Source: Ferroglobus placidus DSM 10642 (GTDB lineage: Archaea > Halobacteriota > Archaeoglobi > Archaeoglobales > Archaeoglobaceae). Taken from it: a stretch of DNA of 32,000 nucleotides. The stretch covers positions 2,070,001-2,102,000 of the forward strand of contig NC_013849.1 in NCBI RefSeq assembly GCF_000025505.1, given 5' to 3'. Both the position numbers and the translations under genes were made by a program. The notes beneath the pieces were generated by a model. The model was not told the origin of the DNA. It worked only from the letters and a program-made list of their open reading frames with translations, and searched no databases. Of this stretch, positions 31,333-32,000 are shown piece after piece (within the stretch, counting starts at the first letter, position 1; every line of letters begins with the position of its first letter).

Positions 31333-32000
31333 ATGTCAATATTCGTAACGTCGGATATCAGGGAGGGTAAGATAGAGAGAATCTACGCAAACACGAGGTA
31401 TCCTTCCGTTCAGGAGGGCTTGACTTTTTTTGATGCGGCAGAAAAACCGAAAATATCGGAAAAAGCTCCGGTAGAGAACAGAATGCTCTACTATGTCGTT
31501 TCCTTCAAACCGTCCCACGTTTTCATATCGAGAGACGTTCTTGGCTCGAAGCCTATATACTTCTCCGAAGATTTGACGATATCCTCGTTTAAATGGTACT
31601 TCGAAGAAGAGCCGATGAAAGTCTTGCCGGGAGAAGTTTTGAAGATTTCCTATGACGGAGAGGTAATTTACAGGAAAACCTACAGCTTCTTCGACGTTTT
31701 CGAGAAGAAAGCAGTAGATGACCCCGCTGAGGAGATAATAAAAATACTCGAAAAAGTAAAGATAAAAGACGCCTGCATCTCCTTCTCCGGAGGAGTCGAT
31801 TCGGGGCTTTTGGCTGGAATTTACGACGCCCCACTAATTTCCGTTACAGCTTCTGAAAAAGAGGAAGAGTGGTTGAGAGAAGCTGCCAACATGCTCGGGA
31901 AAGAGATCGAGATCTTCAGATTTTCAGCCAAGGATGTTAGAGACAACTTGAGGAAAATAGTCGGAAGCATCGAAACAACAAATACTCTCCAGGTTTCGAT
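31333..32000 (+). CDS. Asparagine-synthase-like PP-loop ATPase, 5' part (continues beyond the window)
   Basis: The frame is open from the ATG at 31333 to the window end, which is why the track omits it. SRDVLGSKPIYF resembles the AsnB RD-x-G-x-KPLYY motif, and CISFSGGVDSGLLA is the SGGxDS PP-loop. The N-terminus is MSIFV, not the Met-Cys of glutamine-hydrolysing AsnB. Confidence 0.7.
   Translation, partial: MSIFVTSDIREGKIERIYANTRYPSVQEGLTFFDAAEKPKISEKAPVENRMLYYVVSFKPSHVFISRDVLGSKPIYFSEDLTISSFKWYFEEEPMKVLPGEVLKISYDGEVIYRKTYSFFDVFEKKAVDDPAEEIIKILEKVKIKDACISFSGGVDSGLLAGIYDAPLISVTASEKEEEWLREAANMLGKEIEIFRFSAKDVRDNLRKIVGSIETTNTLQVS

Noticed and set aside
1-32000. Looked for CRISPR arrays, tRNA/rRNA genes, integrases, transposases and terminal inverted repeats that would define a mobile element around the TA or sulfate cassettes.
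   Set aside because: No regularly spaced direct repeats were seen, no cloverleaf-capable GC-rich segments in the intergenic DNA, and no integrase or transposase-like ORF in any frame. The island borders therefore remain inferential.

Overview
Gene-dense archaeal chromosomal segment. Gene content and protein similarity look Archaeoglobales-like; that assignment is inference only. TATA-like boxes sit about 25-30 nt upstream of many start codons, which suggests mostly leaderless transcripts. The window falls into three zones. (1) 1-6.8 kb is a toxin-antitoxin island. It holds a frameshifted RelE, an AbrB-PIN pair, a badly decayed PIN, a tandemly duplicated PIN module with mosaic conservation, an RHH plus retropepsin-like protease pair, a PIN ORF with no usable start codon, and a COG1373-type ATPase. 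(2) 6.8-21.7 kb is a surface-glycosylation island. It holds GT4, a multiply frameshifted GT-C membrane glycosyltransferase, a decayed GtrA-like gene, GT2, a SAM methyltransferase and the oligosaccharyltransferase AglB. This island is interrupted by a tightly coupled six-gene operon on the minus strand (RHH regulator, ATP sulfurylase, DHH phosphoesterase, AlkP-superfamily enzyme, APS kinase, TSUP permease) and contains three HEPN/MNT pairs. (3) 21.7-32 kb is housekeeping: purB, EF-1 alpha, S10, RNase Z, CcdA, a KaiC-like ATPase, an aminotransferase, ribH, a GNAT-fusion, a PPP phosphatase, a thiolase and a partial AsnB-like gene. No rRNA, tRNA, CRISPR array or transposase was recognised. The best candidate for something undescribed is the sulfate-activation operon. 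It makes PAPS and carries a likely pAp-recycling enzyme, but it has no recognisable PAPS reductase or sulfotransferase. That leaves the uncharacterised AlkP-superfamily protein as the candidate consumer, next to the N-glycosylation genes. All calls rest on reading the translations and DNA by eye; no searches were run.
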